A DNA stretch of 64,000 bases from Escherichia phage vB_EcoM_D4. The translations under genes were made by a program, and so were the position numbers. Within the stretch, counting starts at the first letter, position 1. Each line of letters opens with the position of its first letter. Positions 26,198 through 35,093 of this stretch are shown piece by piece. Location: the sequence record PP886228; one strand, 5' to 3'. Under the pieces are notes generated by a model that was given only the letters and a program-made list of their open reading frames with translations, searched no databases and was not told where the DNA came from.

Positions 26198-26214
26198 AAC
26201 GTATAGAATACGTT
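26198..26214. promoter_or_regulatory. perfect palindrome AACGTAT-aga-ATACGTT (operator-like)
   Basis: 7-bp inverted arms separated by 3 bp in the divergent region between polymerase and + block. Confidence 0.35.
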
Positions 26215-26258
26215 AAGATAAAAGATTAAAACTTAATAGTTACTTAAAAGAGGCTTAC

Positions 26259-26681
26259 ATGCAGAAAATGTTTGTTCACCCAGACATAGCTAACTTTGTT
26301 AGGGCTTTGCAGAAGTTGGAAGAACTTGACATTGCTGCTCAACGGGAATATGCTCACCATCACAGGAGAATGGTTGATATACAACATGAAATAGAGTTGT
26401 CTGAAAACTATGAAGATGACTTAAAATGCTCTGTATTTGAGCATATGAAAGATGTTGCTACAGCGAGACGTAAAGCTAAAGACACAGTTGCTTTACTAGA
26501 TTCTCTTAAAAAGAGGTTGCAAAGTGGTACAGACCTGTGTAATCTAGCGTCACTGATTAACGATGTTGAAACTTCTTGGGATAGACATTACTATCCACGT
26601 TCTGAAAAGACACTTGACTTTTCTTCATCAGAAAACTTAAAATGTTCTAGAAAGAAACTTAACCAACTGAGAGAGAAATAA
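26259..26681 (+). CDS. hypothetical protein
   Basis: 140-aa ORF, first gene of + block. Confidence 0.4.
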   Translation: MQKMFVHPDIANFVRALQKLEELDIAAQREYAHHHRRMVDIQHEIELSENYEDDLKCSVFEHMKDVATARRKAKDTVALLDSLKKRLQSGTDLCNLASLINDVETSWDRHYYPRSEKTLDFSSSENLKCSRKKLNQLREK

Positions 26682-26682
26682 T

Positions 26683-27495
26683 ATGAATACTACTGTAGAC
26701 CAGATGCTTGAAGAAAAAGGTATTGACGAAGCATTCTTAATCAATGCCGTAGAAAGCATGGCTATGATTCTTCGTGGAAACAACTACACAGAACAGTTTA
26801 TGCCTGCAAGCTATAACTTGCCTAAAGACAAGTCTGATAACGGTGCTTTTGCAGAACAGGTTAATATGATGCTGTGTGACAAAACACTTGCTTTAGCATC
26901 TATCGTTGTAGGTGTTGATGCTCTTGCAGAGTTCATTTTTTATGAGATGCAGAAAAATGACTATATTGCCATGACCTCTGAAGAAAAAGACTCGCTACTG
27001 CTCTTAGGTAATAATGAGCTAGTTGACCTGTTAATTTCGTCAACGAGTGCTGTTATGGCTGCTCTTGAGAAGCGCATGGTAGAGAAGCTGTCACGATATG
27101 AAAAACTTGATTGGGGTGTAGAAGAGTTAAACCCACGAATCAAAGAGATTATCCAGCAAACTAAAGACTCTTTAGCAGAAGCTGTGAAAGATGATTCTGT
27201 AGCTGATGTAGAACCACTACAGGTGAAGGTCGCTCTGATGATTCCAGCTATCTCTACAATGATGAATATCGTTGCACTAATCCAACTTTCTCAGATGTTG
27301 GGTGTAACCATTGAGTTCGTTGAGGAGATGACTGGTGGTGTCAGTATGCAAGCAATCAATGATGTTTTGGTAAACATTGGTGCTTCAATCATTGAAGAGA
27401 AGCTACGTATTAACTTCGGTGATGATTTTGTGAAACAAATCTCAGCTATGGCTGAAAAAGAGCAATCACAGATTACTAGTGACCAACTGCACTAA
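26683..27495 (+). CDS. hypothetical protein
   Basis: 270-aa ORF. Confidence 0.4.
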   Translation: MNTTVDQMLEEKGIDEAFLINAVESMAMILRGNNYTEQFMPASYNLPKDKSDNGAFAEQVNMMLCDKTLALASIVVGVDALAEFIFYEMQKNDYIAMTSEEKDSLLLLGNNELVDLLISSTSAVMAALEKRMVEKLSRYEKLDWGVEELNPRIKEIIQQTKDSLAEAVKDDSVADVEPLQVKVALMIPAISTMMNIVALIQLSQMLGVTIEFVEEMTGGVSMQAINDVLVNIGASIIEEKLRINFGDDFVKQISAMAEKEQSQITSDQLH

Positions 27496-27512
27496 GTCTT
27501 TATAAATCTTAC

Positions 27513-27537
27513 AAGCCTCCTTAGTTGGGGGCTTTTT
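27513..27537 (+). terminator. rho-independent terminator
   Basis: aagcctcc ttagtt gggggctt followed by TTTT. Confidence 0.45.
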
Positions 27538-27556
27538 AGTAATTAAGGGAGACAAA

Positions 27557-28300
27557 ATGAGTAATATTATTGCATTTACTGGAAAGGCACGTTCTGGAAA
27601 AGACACCTCATGTTCGATTGTTAAGAATATCTTAGAAGATGAGTATGGCTACAATGTTGCAGTAATGGCATATGCAGACAACCTTAAGCTTTCTGCATCA
27701 AAGATATTTGACCTGACTTGGAATGACCTATACGGTGAAACTAAAGAGACTCCACAGGTTTTTGATTTATCATACTCTGAACTGATGTTCAAAGTTACAG
27801 AAGCTATGGAGTTCACCTTCAGAGATGAACGTTACCATATGGACTTTAAGCTTATGTCGGAGTTAACCGGACGATTAATCATGGAACTTAAGAAGGTCGC
27901 TAAACCGACTCTATTGACACGTCTGGGGTTTAGTAAAAAGTATAAATTCTCATCAAGGCAAATTCAACAGATTTGGGGCACTGAAGTTATCCGTAAAGTT
28001 ATGGGTGACAAATTCTGGGCTAAAGACCTCGAAACACGGATGGTTCGCTTCTTTGAATCTTGTTCACTAAGGAATCAAGAGGGTGTTGTTTTAATCAGTG
28101 ACTTAAGGTTTGACTCTGAAGCTGAGTGGCTGAGTAGATTTGCACACCAAACTATTGAAGTAAAAAGAGACAATGTGGATAAGGTTTCATCACATGTTTC
28201 AGAAAATGGGATTTCTACCAAATATGCGCGTGACATTATCCATAATAATGGTACTCTTGAAGACCTTGAAAGCAAGCTAAGAGCTATCCTGAAAATTTAA
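27557..28300 (+). CDS. deoxynucleoside monophosphate kinase-like P-loop protein
   Basis: N-terminal IIAFTGKARSGKDT resembles T4 gp1 dNMP kinase Walker A region. Confidence 0.55.
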   Translation: MSNIIAFTGKARSGKDTSCSIVKNILEDEYGYNVAVMAYADNLKLSASKIFDLTWNDLYGETKETPQVFDLSYSELMFKVTEAMEFTFRDERYHMDFKLMSELTGRLIMELKKVAKPTLLTRLGFSKKYKFSSRQIQQIWGTEVIRKVMGDKFWAKDLETRMVRFFESCSLRNQEGVVLISDLRFDSEAEWLSRFAHQTIEVKRDNVDKVSSHVSENGISTKYARDIIHNNGTLEDLESKLRAILKI

Positions 28301-28308
28301 AATGGAGA

Positions 28309-28509
28309 ATGAAGATGAGAGTAAAAGATAATTTCAAGGTTATTGACCATCGTTTAGTGGAACTCTCATCTCTTTCCAATGAGGTAATGATTGAACGTCT
28401 TAAGAGAGTTGAATCACGAAGGAAAGAGATTGCAGATGAAATTCATGAACTGGACAAGATTGAAAATGGATTGAAGGCAGAACTACAACGAAGAGGTGCT
28501 AATGTCTAA
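28309..28509 (+). CDS. small coiled-coil protein
   Basis: 66-aa ORF. Confidence 0.3.
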   Translation: MKMRVKDNFKVIDHRLVELSSLSNEVMIERLKRVESRRKEIADEIHELDKIENGLKAELQRRGANV

Positions 28510-30487
28510 AGGTCGTAAATTGAAAGAGGCTGGTCAGTTTATTGGTCATTGTGCATGTCCACGTTGTGGTTCATCCGATGCTGGTTCAATCTACCATCAT
28601 GACGATGATTCTTATTCGATGACTTGCTTTAGCTGTAACAAAGGTTTCCCAGAGTGGGATTTTGATAAAGGACAAATCGTGAGCACTTATTCTACTGGTT
28701 CAGATAATAAAAACCGTACTTTCCGTGGAATGGATTTAGACGATGTAAAAGAAAACCTAGAAGCAATGGACTTGAAAGACAGGAAAATTCCTGCAAAAGT
28801 CCTTGAACGTTTAGGTATCAAGGTTGATATTGATAGTGACGGCGAAATTGATGCGCATTTCTATCCAACTTACAAACGTAATGAAGATGGCAAGCTAGAA
28901 CATGTTGGTTATCGTGTTCGTCACCGTTACCCAGAAGACCACCCAAAAGAACACCTACGTGGTAAGCTAAAAGACTTTTCAGGTGGTGTTGGAGATATTA
29001 AAGGCGAACTGGCAATGTTCGGTTCATGGATTGCTCCAGAAGGTGGGAACCGACTGTTCATCTGGGAAGGTGAGATGGAATGTGCGACAGCTATCTACAT
29101 GACTTCTTTGGCGATTAAAGATAAGTCTCGTCGTAAGAATTACTGTCACGTATCTGTTCCATCAGGTGCAAACATTAAGTCTATTAAGGACAACTATCAG
29201 TACATCACATCATTTGATGAGATTTACTTGTGCTTTGATAATGATGAAGCAGGTGCTAAAGCTACCAAAGAGGCTGCTGGTATCCTACCTATTGAGAAGG
29301 TTCGTTTGTTCCAGTATCCAGAAGGTGTAAAAGACCTTAACGAATGGTGGACAAAGTTCTATAAAGAGAAAGACACAGTTCTGGAAGGATTTAAACAGCG
29401 TATCTACAACGCACCTCGTTACTGCCCTGCTGGTATCAAGAACTTCGCAGATGGTTTTGAGGCAATGAAGAATCGTGGTCAGATTCCATTGATTCCTTTC
29501 CCAGAATCTTTCGGGGATTTGAATAGGTTGACTTATGGTGGTTACGGTTTAGGTGAGATTACAACTCTGGCAGCACCATCTTCAGTAGGTAAATCAGCAT
29601 ACACCCGTGAAATGATTTACACTGCTTGGAAGGAAACCGATTACAATATTGGTGTAATTCCAGTTGAAGATACCTATGAAGAGTTGATGGAGATGCTCTG
29701 TGCAATCCACCTGAGCAAGCAGATTTCTGAGATTCCTTATGACGAACGTGATTGGGATGAATTAAAGGAAGCACACGCAGAACTATCTAAAGGTCGTCGT
29801 ATCCACATCGTAGACCATCAAGGGGCAATTGACCAAGATAACCTGCTGGAATTTGTTGACTATCTTGTTAACAGTTTAGACTGTAAGATTATTATTCTTG
29901 ACCCTATTACGTTGGCTCTGTCACGTTCAGATACGGATGAAGAGGAAGTTTTGTCTGAACTATTGCGTCGTTGCAAACGCTACCAGTATGCACAGGTTAA
30001 CGTCTGTCACGTTCGTAAGAGTGCAGGTGGTCAGAAAGCCAACTCTGAAGGTGGAGATATCTCTGAAGAGGATATTAAGGGTTCTGGTGCATACTTCCAG
30101 ATTTCCATGAACAACATTCTGTTAATGCGTAACAAGGTTGACCCAGACCCTGTTAAGAAAAACTTGACAAAAATCAAGTTAACTAAGTGTCGTCGTCATG
30201 GTAAGTCAACAGGTATTGCTGGTCATACTTGGTACAATCCAGACACAGGACGTCTTATCAAAGCTTCTGGGTGTGGTGTTGACATTGATGGTGCAGCAGA
30301 AAATATTCGTCAACAGTTTGGTATTGGTGAAGCTGAAGACCATTATGACGACTCTTTACCTCATTATGAAGATGAAGTGTTTGACCGTGAGACTGGTGAA
30401 GTCTATACTGAAGAACAGCGTCAAAGCTCAACGATTCCACCTGTATTAAGTGAGGATGCAGATGACTGTCCGTTTGAAACTGAGTGA
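28496..30487 (+). CDS. primase-helicase (T7 gp4-like)
   Basis: N-terminal zinc ribbon CPRCGSSD...CFSCN, TOPRIM-like acidic region, Walker A AAPSSVGKS in DnaB-like C-terminal half. Confidence 0.75.
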   Translation: MLMSKGRKLKEAGQFIGHCACPRCGSSDAGSIYHHDDDSYSMTCFSCNKGFPEWDFDKGQIVSTYSTGSDNKNRTFRGMDLDDVKENLEAMDLKDRKIPAKVLERLGIKVDIDSDGEIDAHFYPTYKRNEDGKLEHVGYRVRHRYPEDHPKEHLRGKLKDFSGGVGDIKGELAMFGSWIAPEGGNRLFIWEGEMECATAIYMTSLAIKDKSRRKNYCHVSVPSGANIKSIKDNYQYITSFDEIYLCFDNDEAGAKATKEAAGILPIEKVRLFQYPEGVKDLNEWWTKFYKEKDTVLEGFKQRIYNAPRYCPAGIKNFADGFEAMKNRGQIPLIPFPESFGDLNRLTYGGYGLGEITTLAAPSSVGKSAYTREMIYTAWKETDYNIGVIPVEDTYEELMEMLCAIHLSKQISEIPYDERDWDELKEAHAELSKGRRIHIVDHQGAIDQDNLLEFVDYLVNSLDCKIIILDPITLALSRSDTDEEEVLSELLRRCKRYQYAQVNVCHVRKSAGGQKANSEGGDISEEDIKGSGAYFQISMNNILLMRNKVDPDPVKKNLTKIKLTKCRRHGKSTGIAGHTWYNPDTGRLIKASGCGVDIDGAAENIRQQFGIGEAEDHYDDSLPHYEDEVFDRETGEVYTEEQRQSSTIPPVLSEDADDCPFETE

Positions 30488-30743
30488 TAGTTATAAAAGA
30501 GAGGGGTTCATACCCTTCTTTGAAGAAAAAAGTTTAAATAAATTTCAGGAAGAGTGTTTGACAAAGATTGATAGGTTCTATAGAATGCTCTACATGAAAT
30601 GTGATGGAGGCGTTGAGGTAGAAGAAAAGTTCCATCACAGTATGATAACAGTCACTATTACTATACCTCGACATAATATTGGTTGGTTGTTTATAATTAA
30701 AGAAAATGTGTTTGAATATCAAGTATATCGGAGAATATCATGA
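30450..30743 (+). CDS. hypothetical protein
   Basis: 97-aa ORF overlapping primase 3' end; uncertain. Confidence 0.2.
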   Translation: MRMQMTVRLKLSDSYKREGFIPFFEEKSLNKFQEECLTKIDRFYRMLYMKCDGGVEVEEKFHHSMITVTITIPRHNIGWLFIIKENVFEYQVYRRIS

Positions 30744-30889
30744 AACACTCTAAAGCATTTGAAAAAGTTTTTGGGGATTCCTTAAAAGCCACTGCTGGCA
30801 AACCAGCAAAATACTATGAAGAGAAGCGTGTAAGAACTGGAAAAACTGCACGTAAAGCAGCTTCTAAAGATAAGCACAACTTCCAGTAA
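30740..30889 (+). CDS. small basic ORF (49 aa)
   Basis: Hand-translated MKHSKAFEKVFGDSLKATAGKPAKYYEEKRV...; not in ORF track. Confidence 0.2.
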   Translation: MKHSKAFEKVFGDSLKATAGKPAKYYEEKRVRTGKTARKAASKDKHNFQ

Positions 30890-30896
30890 TTAATGT

Positions 30897-30925
30897 TTGA
30901 CAATAGAGTATCAACAAATTAGAAT
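30897..30925 (+). promoter_or_regulatory. sigma70-type promoter
   Basis: TTGACA (30897-30902), 17-bp spacer, TAGAAT (30920-30925). Confidence 0.55.
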
Positions 30926-30961
30926 TGGTACTCTTCATAAATTGAGATAGAGGTTTAAATA

Positions 30962-31819
30962 ATGTCTAAAGTTGTTAAAATGAAAGCTCCGGTAGAGAAG
31001 TACAATGGTACTGAACGTCAAACTCTGCGTTACCTGCTGAAAGATGTCTGGTTTTATTACCTGAACACTTCACCACGTCCGGGAAAAGGTAAATCAATTG
31101 ATAAGAAATTCCCAGGAAAAGACTGCAACTACAGTGTTTCAATTCTGGCAGAAGATGGTAACAAGCTGTTTAAAGAGTTCACTAAGTCTAAGAAAAACCC
31201 AGAAGGTTGGGATAAAGTTACTACTGAAGCAGTTGATGCAGATGATTTCGAAGAGAAGTTTGGTTGCAAACCACCATTTGAAGCAGACACTTACTACATC
31301 TTGAAAGTAAGTCGTGCAGCAGCTTATAAGGATGGTGCTGTGTGGACAGCTAAACAGTCATTCCCTGTAATGCTGATTGAAGAAGTAAACGGTAAGCGTG
31401 TAGCTGTTAAGCAGCCGATGAAGAAAATCAAAGCTCAAGCATCTGATAAGCATGAAGATGACAAGAACTATGATGTAATTCATCCAGATATTGCAGTTGG
31501 TAACGGTTCTTTTGGTAGTGTGATTCTTTCTACTCACTTCTACACCTTTGAGAACAATGTTCTGACAAAACCTATTCAGGAACAGTTTATCATTGATACT
31601 CTTGTGCCTTACACTGGTGGTAACGGTGCTAATGGCGAACCTGAACTGGATGAAGACGAACTTGCTATGCTTGGTCTTGATGGTGTTGAAGATAACGGTG
31701 AAATCACTGAAGAAGATGCAAAAGACCACAAACCTTCGAATGATTCTGATGATGGTGACGATGAAGACTTGCCAGACCCAGATGACGAAGAAGATGAAGA
31801 CTTCGATACAGAAGACTAA
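30962..31819 (+). CDS. single-stranded DNA-binding protein with acidic C-terminal tail
   Basis: 285 aa, extreme acidic C-terminus (DDGDDEDLPDPDDEEDEDFDTED) as in T7 gp2.5-type SSBs; sits in replication cluster. Confidence 0.5.
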   Translation: MSKVVKMKAPVEKYNGTERQTLRYLLKDVWFYYLNTSPRPGKGKSIDKKFPGKDCNYSVSILAEDGNKLFKEFTKSKKNPEGWDKVTTEAVDADDFEEKFGCKPPFEADTYYILKVSRAAAYKDGAVWTAKQSFPVMLIEEVNGKRVAVKQPMKKIKAQASDKHEDDKNYDVIHPDIAVGNGSFGSVILSTHFYTFENNVLTKPIQEQFIIDTLVPYTGGNGANGEPELDEDELAMLGLDGVEDNGEITEEDAKDHKPSNDSDDGDDEDLPDPDDEEDEDFDTED

Positions 31820-31837
31820 TCTCTAAAAGTTACTTTA

Positions 31838-31865
31838 AAGCCCTGTACTTAGTATGGGGCTTTTT
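31838..31865 (+). terminator. rho-independent terminator
   Basis: aagccc ...gggctt hairpin followed by TTT. Confidence 0.45.
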
Positions 31866-31881
31866 CATATGGAGAGTCACA

Positions 31882-32922
31882 ATGGAGAAGTATACGCTAA
31901 CAAAACTTCCCGATTCAGTTACACATGTCTTTATCGACTCTGACAGTATTGCCTATAAAGGTGCTTGTGTAGTTGAGAAAGCAAAATATAAATATGTCAA
32001 TAAACTCACAGCAGAAGAATCTGAACCATTTGATAATGCAAAAGATGCAGCAAGATGGTTAGCAGACCAGAGAATCCTTGTAGAAGAGCTTGGCCTAGCA
32101 TTTGATGAAGATGAATGGGAAAGACAGACTTGGAAAGAAGCTAAGAGTGAAAAAGAAGCTATCATGGCTACTCAGCAGGTTCTTCAGGAATGGCTTAAGG
32201 TTGTTGGTAAAGAAAGAACTTGGGTAGGTTACTTAACAGAGAAGGGTGTACATAAACATAAAGACATTAAAGGTCTTGAGCACCAATATCAAGGTAACCG
32301 TAAAGAGGCTGTCACACCAACACACTTAGTTGCTTGTCGTGAATATCTTTTATCCAGACCAGAGTTCAAACTCTTAAAGGGTGGCTTCGAAGCCGACTCA
32401 ATCGTTATTGCTAAAGCTGAAAAGATGGGTAAGAAAGCTGCTCTTATGAGTATTGACAAAGACCTTCGACAAGCTGAAGGGACTTATTGTATTGATATGA
32501 CTTATGAAAAGTCACCACTAATTTTTATTGCTGATAATAATGTTGGTGATATCTGGGATTGCCCTATCAAATCAAAACCAAAAGCTGCAAAAACAGTTGG
32601 TGTAGGTTTTAAATTCTTGTGTTATCAGGCTGTTGCTGGAGATAATGCAGACAACTACTTCGGCCTTAAAGGTGCTGGCAAAGTAGCTGTGATGAATGCT
32701 TTAGATGGTAAAGAGACCTATAAAGAGTGTCTTGACGCTATCTATGAACTCTATGCTAAAAAAGACTCTTATACCTATGTGTCATGGGATGGACAGACTG
32801 TCACAAAGACACCATTAGAGTTAATGGAACAGCATTTCTGGATAGCATATCAAGAGAGAAATCCAAAAGATAATTTCTCTTTTAAGAAATATAATTGGGA
32901 GCCGTGTATGAATGAAGATTAA
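31882..32922 (+). CDS. 5'-3' exonuclease / flap endonuclease
   Basis: GFEADSIVIA (GxEADD-like) and SIDKDLRQ motifs characteristic of FEN/T5-exonuclease family. Confidence 0.6.
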   Translation: MEKYTLTKLPDSVTHVFIDSDSIAYKGACVVEKAKYKYVNKLTAEESEPFDNAKDAARWLADQRILVEELGLAFDEDEWERQTWKEAKSEKEAIMATQQVLQEWLKVVGKERTWVGYLTEKGVHKHKDIKGLEHQYQGNRKEAVTPTHLVACREYLLSRPEFKLLKGGFEADSIVIAKAEKMGKKAALMSIDKDLRQAEGTYCIDMTYEKSPLIFIADNNVGDIWDCPIKSKPKAAKTVGVGFKFLCYQAVAGDNADNYFGLKGAGKVAVMNALDGKETYKECLDAIYELYAKKDSYTYVSWDGQTVTKTPLELMEQHFWIAYQERNPKDNFSFKKYNWEPCMNED

Positions 32923-33409
32923 AGGATTTGGCAATTGTCCTACCTATGGTCATTGGGTATCTTTATGTGGGGAAGTTGACCCCACTAAACATTTTGGTTT
33001 TGTCTATTTAGTACACTGTAAGAAAACCGGACAATATTATATTGGAAAGAAACAGCTTAATAGCGTGACCAAAAGAAAAGTTGCTGGCAAGACTCGGAAG
33101 AAGGTAGTCACTAAGGAGAGTGATTGGATGACTTACGAGACTTCTTCTGAGTATATTAAAAAAGATATTGAGAGCTTTGGAAAAGAATTTTTTGACTTTT
33201 ACATTATCCAAACCTACTACACGAAAGGTGGCCTAGTTTATGGTGAAGCAAACCTCCAACATAAATTCGATGTAATGACAAAAAGGATTGACTCTAAGCT
33301 CAGACTCTTCTACAATGCCAATATTGCAGCAATTAAGTTTATCACTAAAGAAACTTATGAAGATGCTGAAAAAAGAATCCATAAGGTAATGAAAGCAAAT
33401 TGTGCTTGA
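32912..33409 (+). CDS. GIY-YIG-like endonuclease
   Basis: FVYLV...GQYYIGK near N-terminus resembles GIY-YIG motif. Confidence 0.35.
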   Translation: MKIKGFGNCPTYGHWVSLCGEVDPTKHFGFVYLVHCKKTGQYYIGKKQLNSVTKRKVAGKTRKKVVTKESDWMTYETSSEYIKKDIESFGKEFFDFYIIQTYYTKGGLVYGEANLQHKFDVMTKRIDSKLRLFYNANIAAIKFITKETYEDAEKRIHKVMKANCA

Positions 33410-33415
33410 TAACTA

Positions 33416-33661
33416 TTGAGAGAGAATAAAATGTTTAACAAAAGTAAAGCTGTGAGTCATGTAGCAAAGGTTGACAGCAAGATTGAAGAACTTGAGCGCA
33501 TTCTTGCAAATGCCAGAGAGTCAATAATTAAAGAAGTTGAAGCTGTTGAATCTCAAATGCAGCACCTAATGCTTAAACGTCAAGAGTTACGTGAGCATCT
33601 GGAATATATTGAAACACGAGAGCTAAAAGTTAACAGGTTTTTAAGGAGTCCAAATGTTTAA
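33416..33661 (+). CDS. small coiled-coil protein
   Basis: 81-aa ORF. Confidence 0.3.
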   Translation: MRENKMFNKSKAVSHVAKVDSKIEELERILANARESIIKEVEAVESQMQHLMLKRQELREHLEYIETRELKVNRFLRSPNV

Positions 33662-34409
33662 CTCAAGAGAATCAGTAAAAAACTGGAATCTTCGTTGCGG
33701 AAACACACAAAAACAACCTTACAGTGATGAGTATTGGGAATCTTTGAAATCCCAGTCTCTGTGTATGCTTGAAGAAGCAAAAGAGCTTGTAAAAGCAATT
33801 GAAGAGAAAGACCCCATTGAGACACTGGATGCTCAGGCAGATTTGCAATATGTTCTTGACGGTCTAATTTATCTGTCACAACATGACCACAATGGCGCTA
33901 TGGAAGCTGTTTGCCATAATAATGACCTGAAGTACACAGATGACTATGAAGAAGCTTTAAAACGTCTTGCAGATATTGAGAAGCGTACCGGTCAAGAGTG
34001 TATTATCAGAATGTCAGTGGTTGATGGTAAAGAGTGGTATGCGATTGTCCGTGCAGCCGATGGGAAGATTATGAAGCAATCAAATCTCCCTAAAGTTCAA
34101 CTTGGTGAATACATTGTAGAGCTTGAAAGCCAAGAACTTTTTGTGGTAGTATCTGAGACATGCGTTATCTGCAAAGGTATTGTAGGTAGCTTAAAGGATT
34201 TGGGTGTAGATGGTTTTGTAGAAGTTAATCCAATTACCTCTAAAGCAGACAAAGATTTCTGTAAAGAGAATGGACTATGGATTGCAGATATTGTCTACTA
34301 CGATGGTGAGCAGTTCCATGTAACCTCATACCCGAAACTGAATTATGATGCTAATAACCTGAAGTGCTGGTTGAAAGGGGTTGGTTATAATGGATTCACA
34401 GAACATTAA
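33654..34409 (+). CDS. MazG-like nucleotide pyrophosphohydrolase domain protein
   Basis: EEAKELVKAIEEKD...LDAQADLQYVLDGLIYL resembles MazG EExxE...D helix pair. Confidence 0.35.
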   Translation: MFNSRESVKNWNLRCGNTQKQPYSDEYWESLKSQSLCMLEEAKELVKAIEEKDPIETLDAQADLQYVLDGLIYLSQHDHNGAMEAVCHNNDLKYTDDYEEALKRLADIEKRTGQECIIRMSVVDGKEWYAIVRAADGKIMKQSNLPKVQLGEYIVELESQELFVVVSETCVICKGIVGSLKDLGVDGFVEVNPITSKADKDFCKENGLWIADIVYYDGEQFHVTSYPKLNYDANNLKCWLKGVGYNGFTEH

Positions 34410-34713
34410 TAAAGAAGGTGTGGCTCAGAAGAGCCACTTCTCAAACTACAATATCTCTATGACGGTGTTTATGAATGACCCGTTACTTGAGAAGTATGGT
34501 GAGACTCCAGATACACTTCTGGACAATGAACAAGTTTTAAAAGCAGTCCTGTACAAATATGGGATTGATATTGAGAAAGAGTATTCCTTTGAAATCTGCC
34601 AACACAGAAATACTTTTGGTAAAGTTGTGATGGCTCCACTCTTCATGGGTGTAGAAAGAACCGACTATGGTTGGTTATATCTAAAAAGAAACTTGGAGAA
34701 GTACCGTGTCTAA
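34390..34713 (+). CDS. hypothetical protein
   Basis: ORF; start set to second ATG. Confidence 0.3.
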   Translation: MDSQNINKEGVAQKSHFSNYNISMTVFMNDPLLEKYGETPDTLLDNEQVLKAVLYKYGIDIEKEYSFEICQHRNTFGKVVMAPLFMGVERTDYGWLYLKRNLEKYRV

Positions 34714-35047
34714 AGCAAAAAAGTTATCTTATGATGACATTATCTCAGGTGCTAAGTTAGGTGTTGACAGTATCGGACAAGACGTTAAGCACGGAGACAC
34801 AGTTATGTACTGTGATGACCGAAGAGGGAGAAGTGCAATCTTGTTTGGAAGAATTGTTTGCAAGATGCGAGGTAATTACGTTGTTGCAGACATGGATGTG
34901 AACGTTACACAAAAACTTGAAACACTTATGGATGATAATACATCATCATCATGGTTCTTCCTGAATTGTATGCACACTTCTTCAGTCACAAAAGTAAGTG
35001 ATAAGTTTTACGATATGTGGCAGAATGAGCAAATTTTCAAGATTTAA
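34706..35047 (+). CDS. hypothetical protein
   Basis: 113-aa ORF. Confidence 0.3.
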   Translation: MSKAKKLSYDDIISGAKLGVDSIGQDVKHGDTVMYCDDRRGRSAILFGRIVCKMRGNYVVADMDVNVTQKLETLMDDNTSSSWFFLNCMHTSSVTKVSDKFYDMWQNEQIFKI

Positions 35048-35051
35048 ACTA

Positions 35052-35076
35052 GGGAGCCTCTTCGGAGGCTCTTTTC
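35052..35076 (+). terminator. rho-independent terminator
   Basis: gagcctc ttcg gaggctc then TTTT. Confidence 0.6.
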
Positions 35077-35093
35077 ATCTGTAGGATTTAAAA

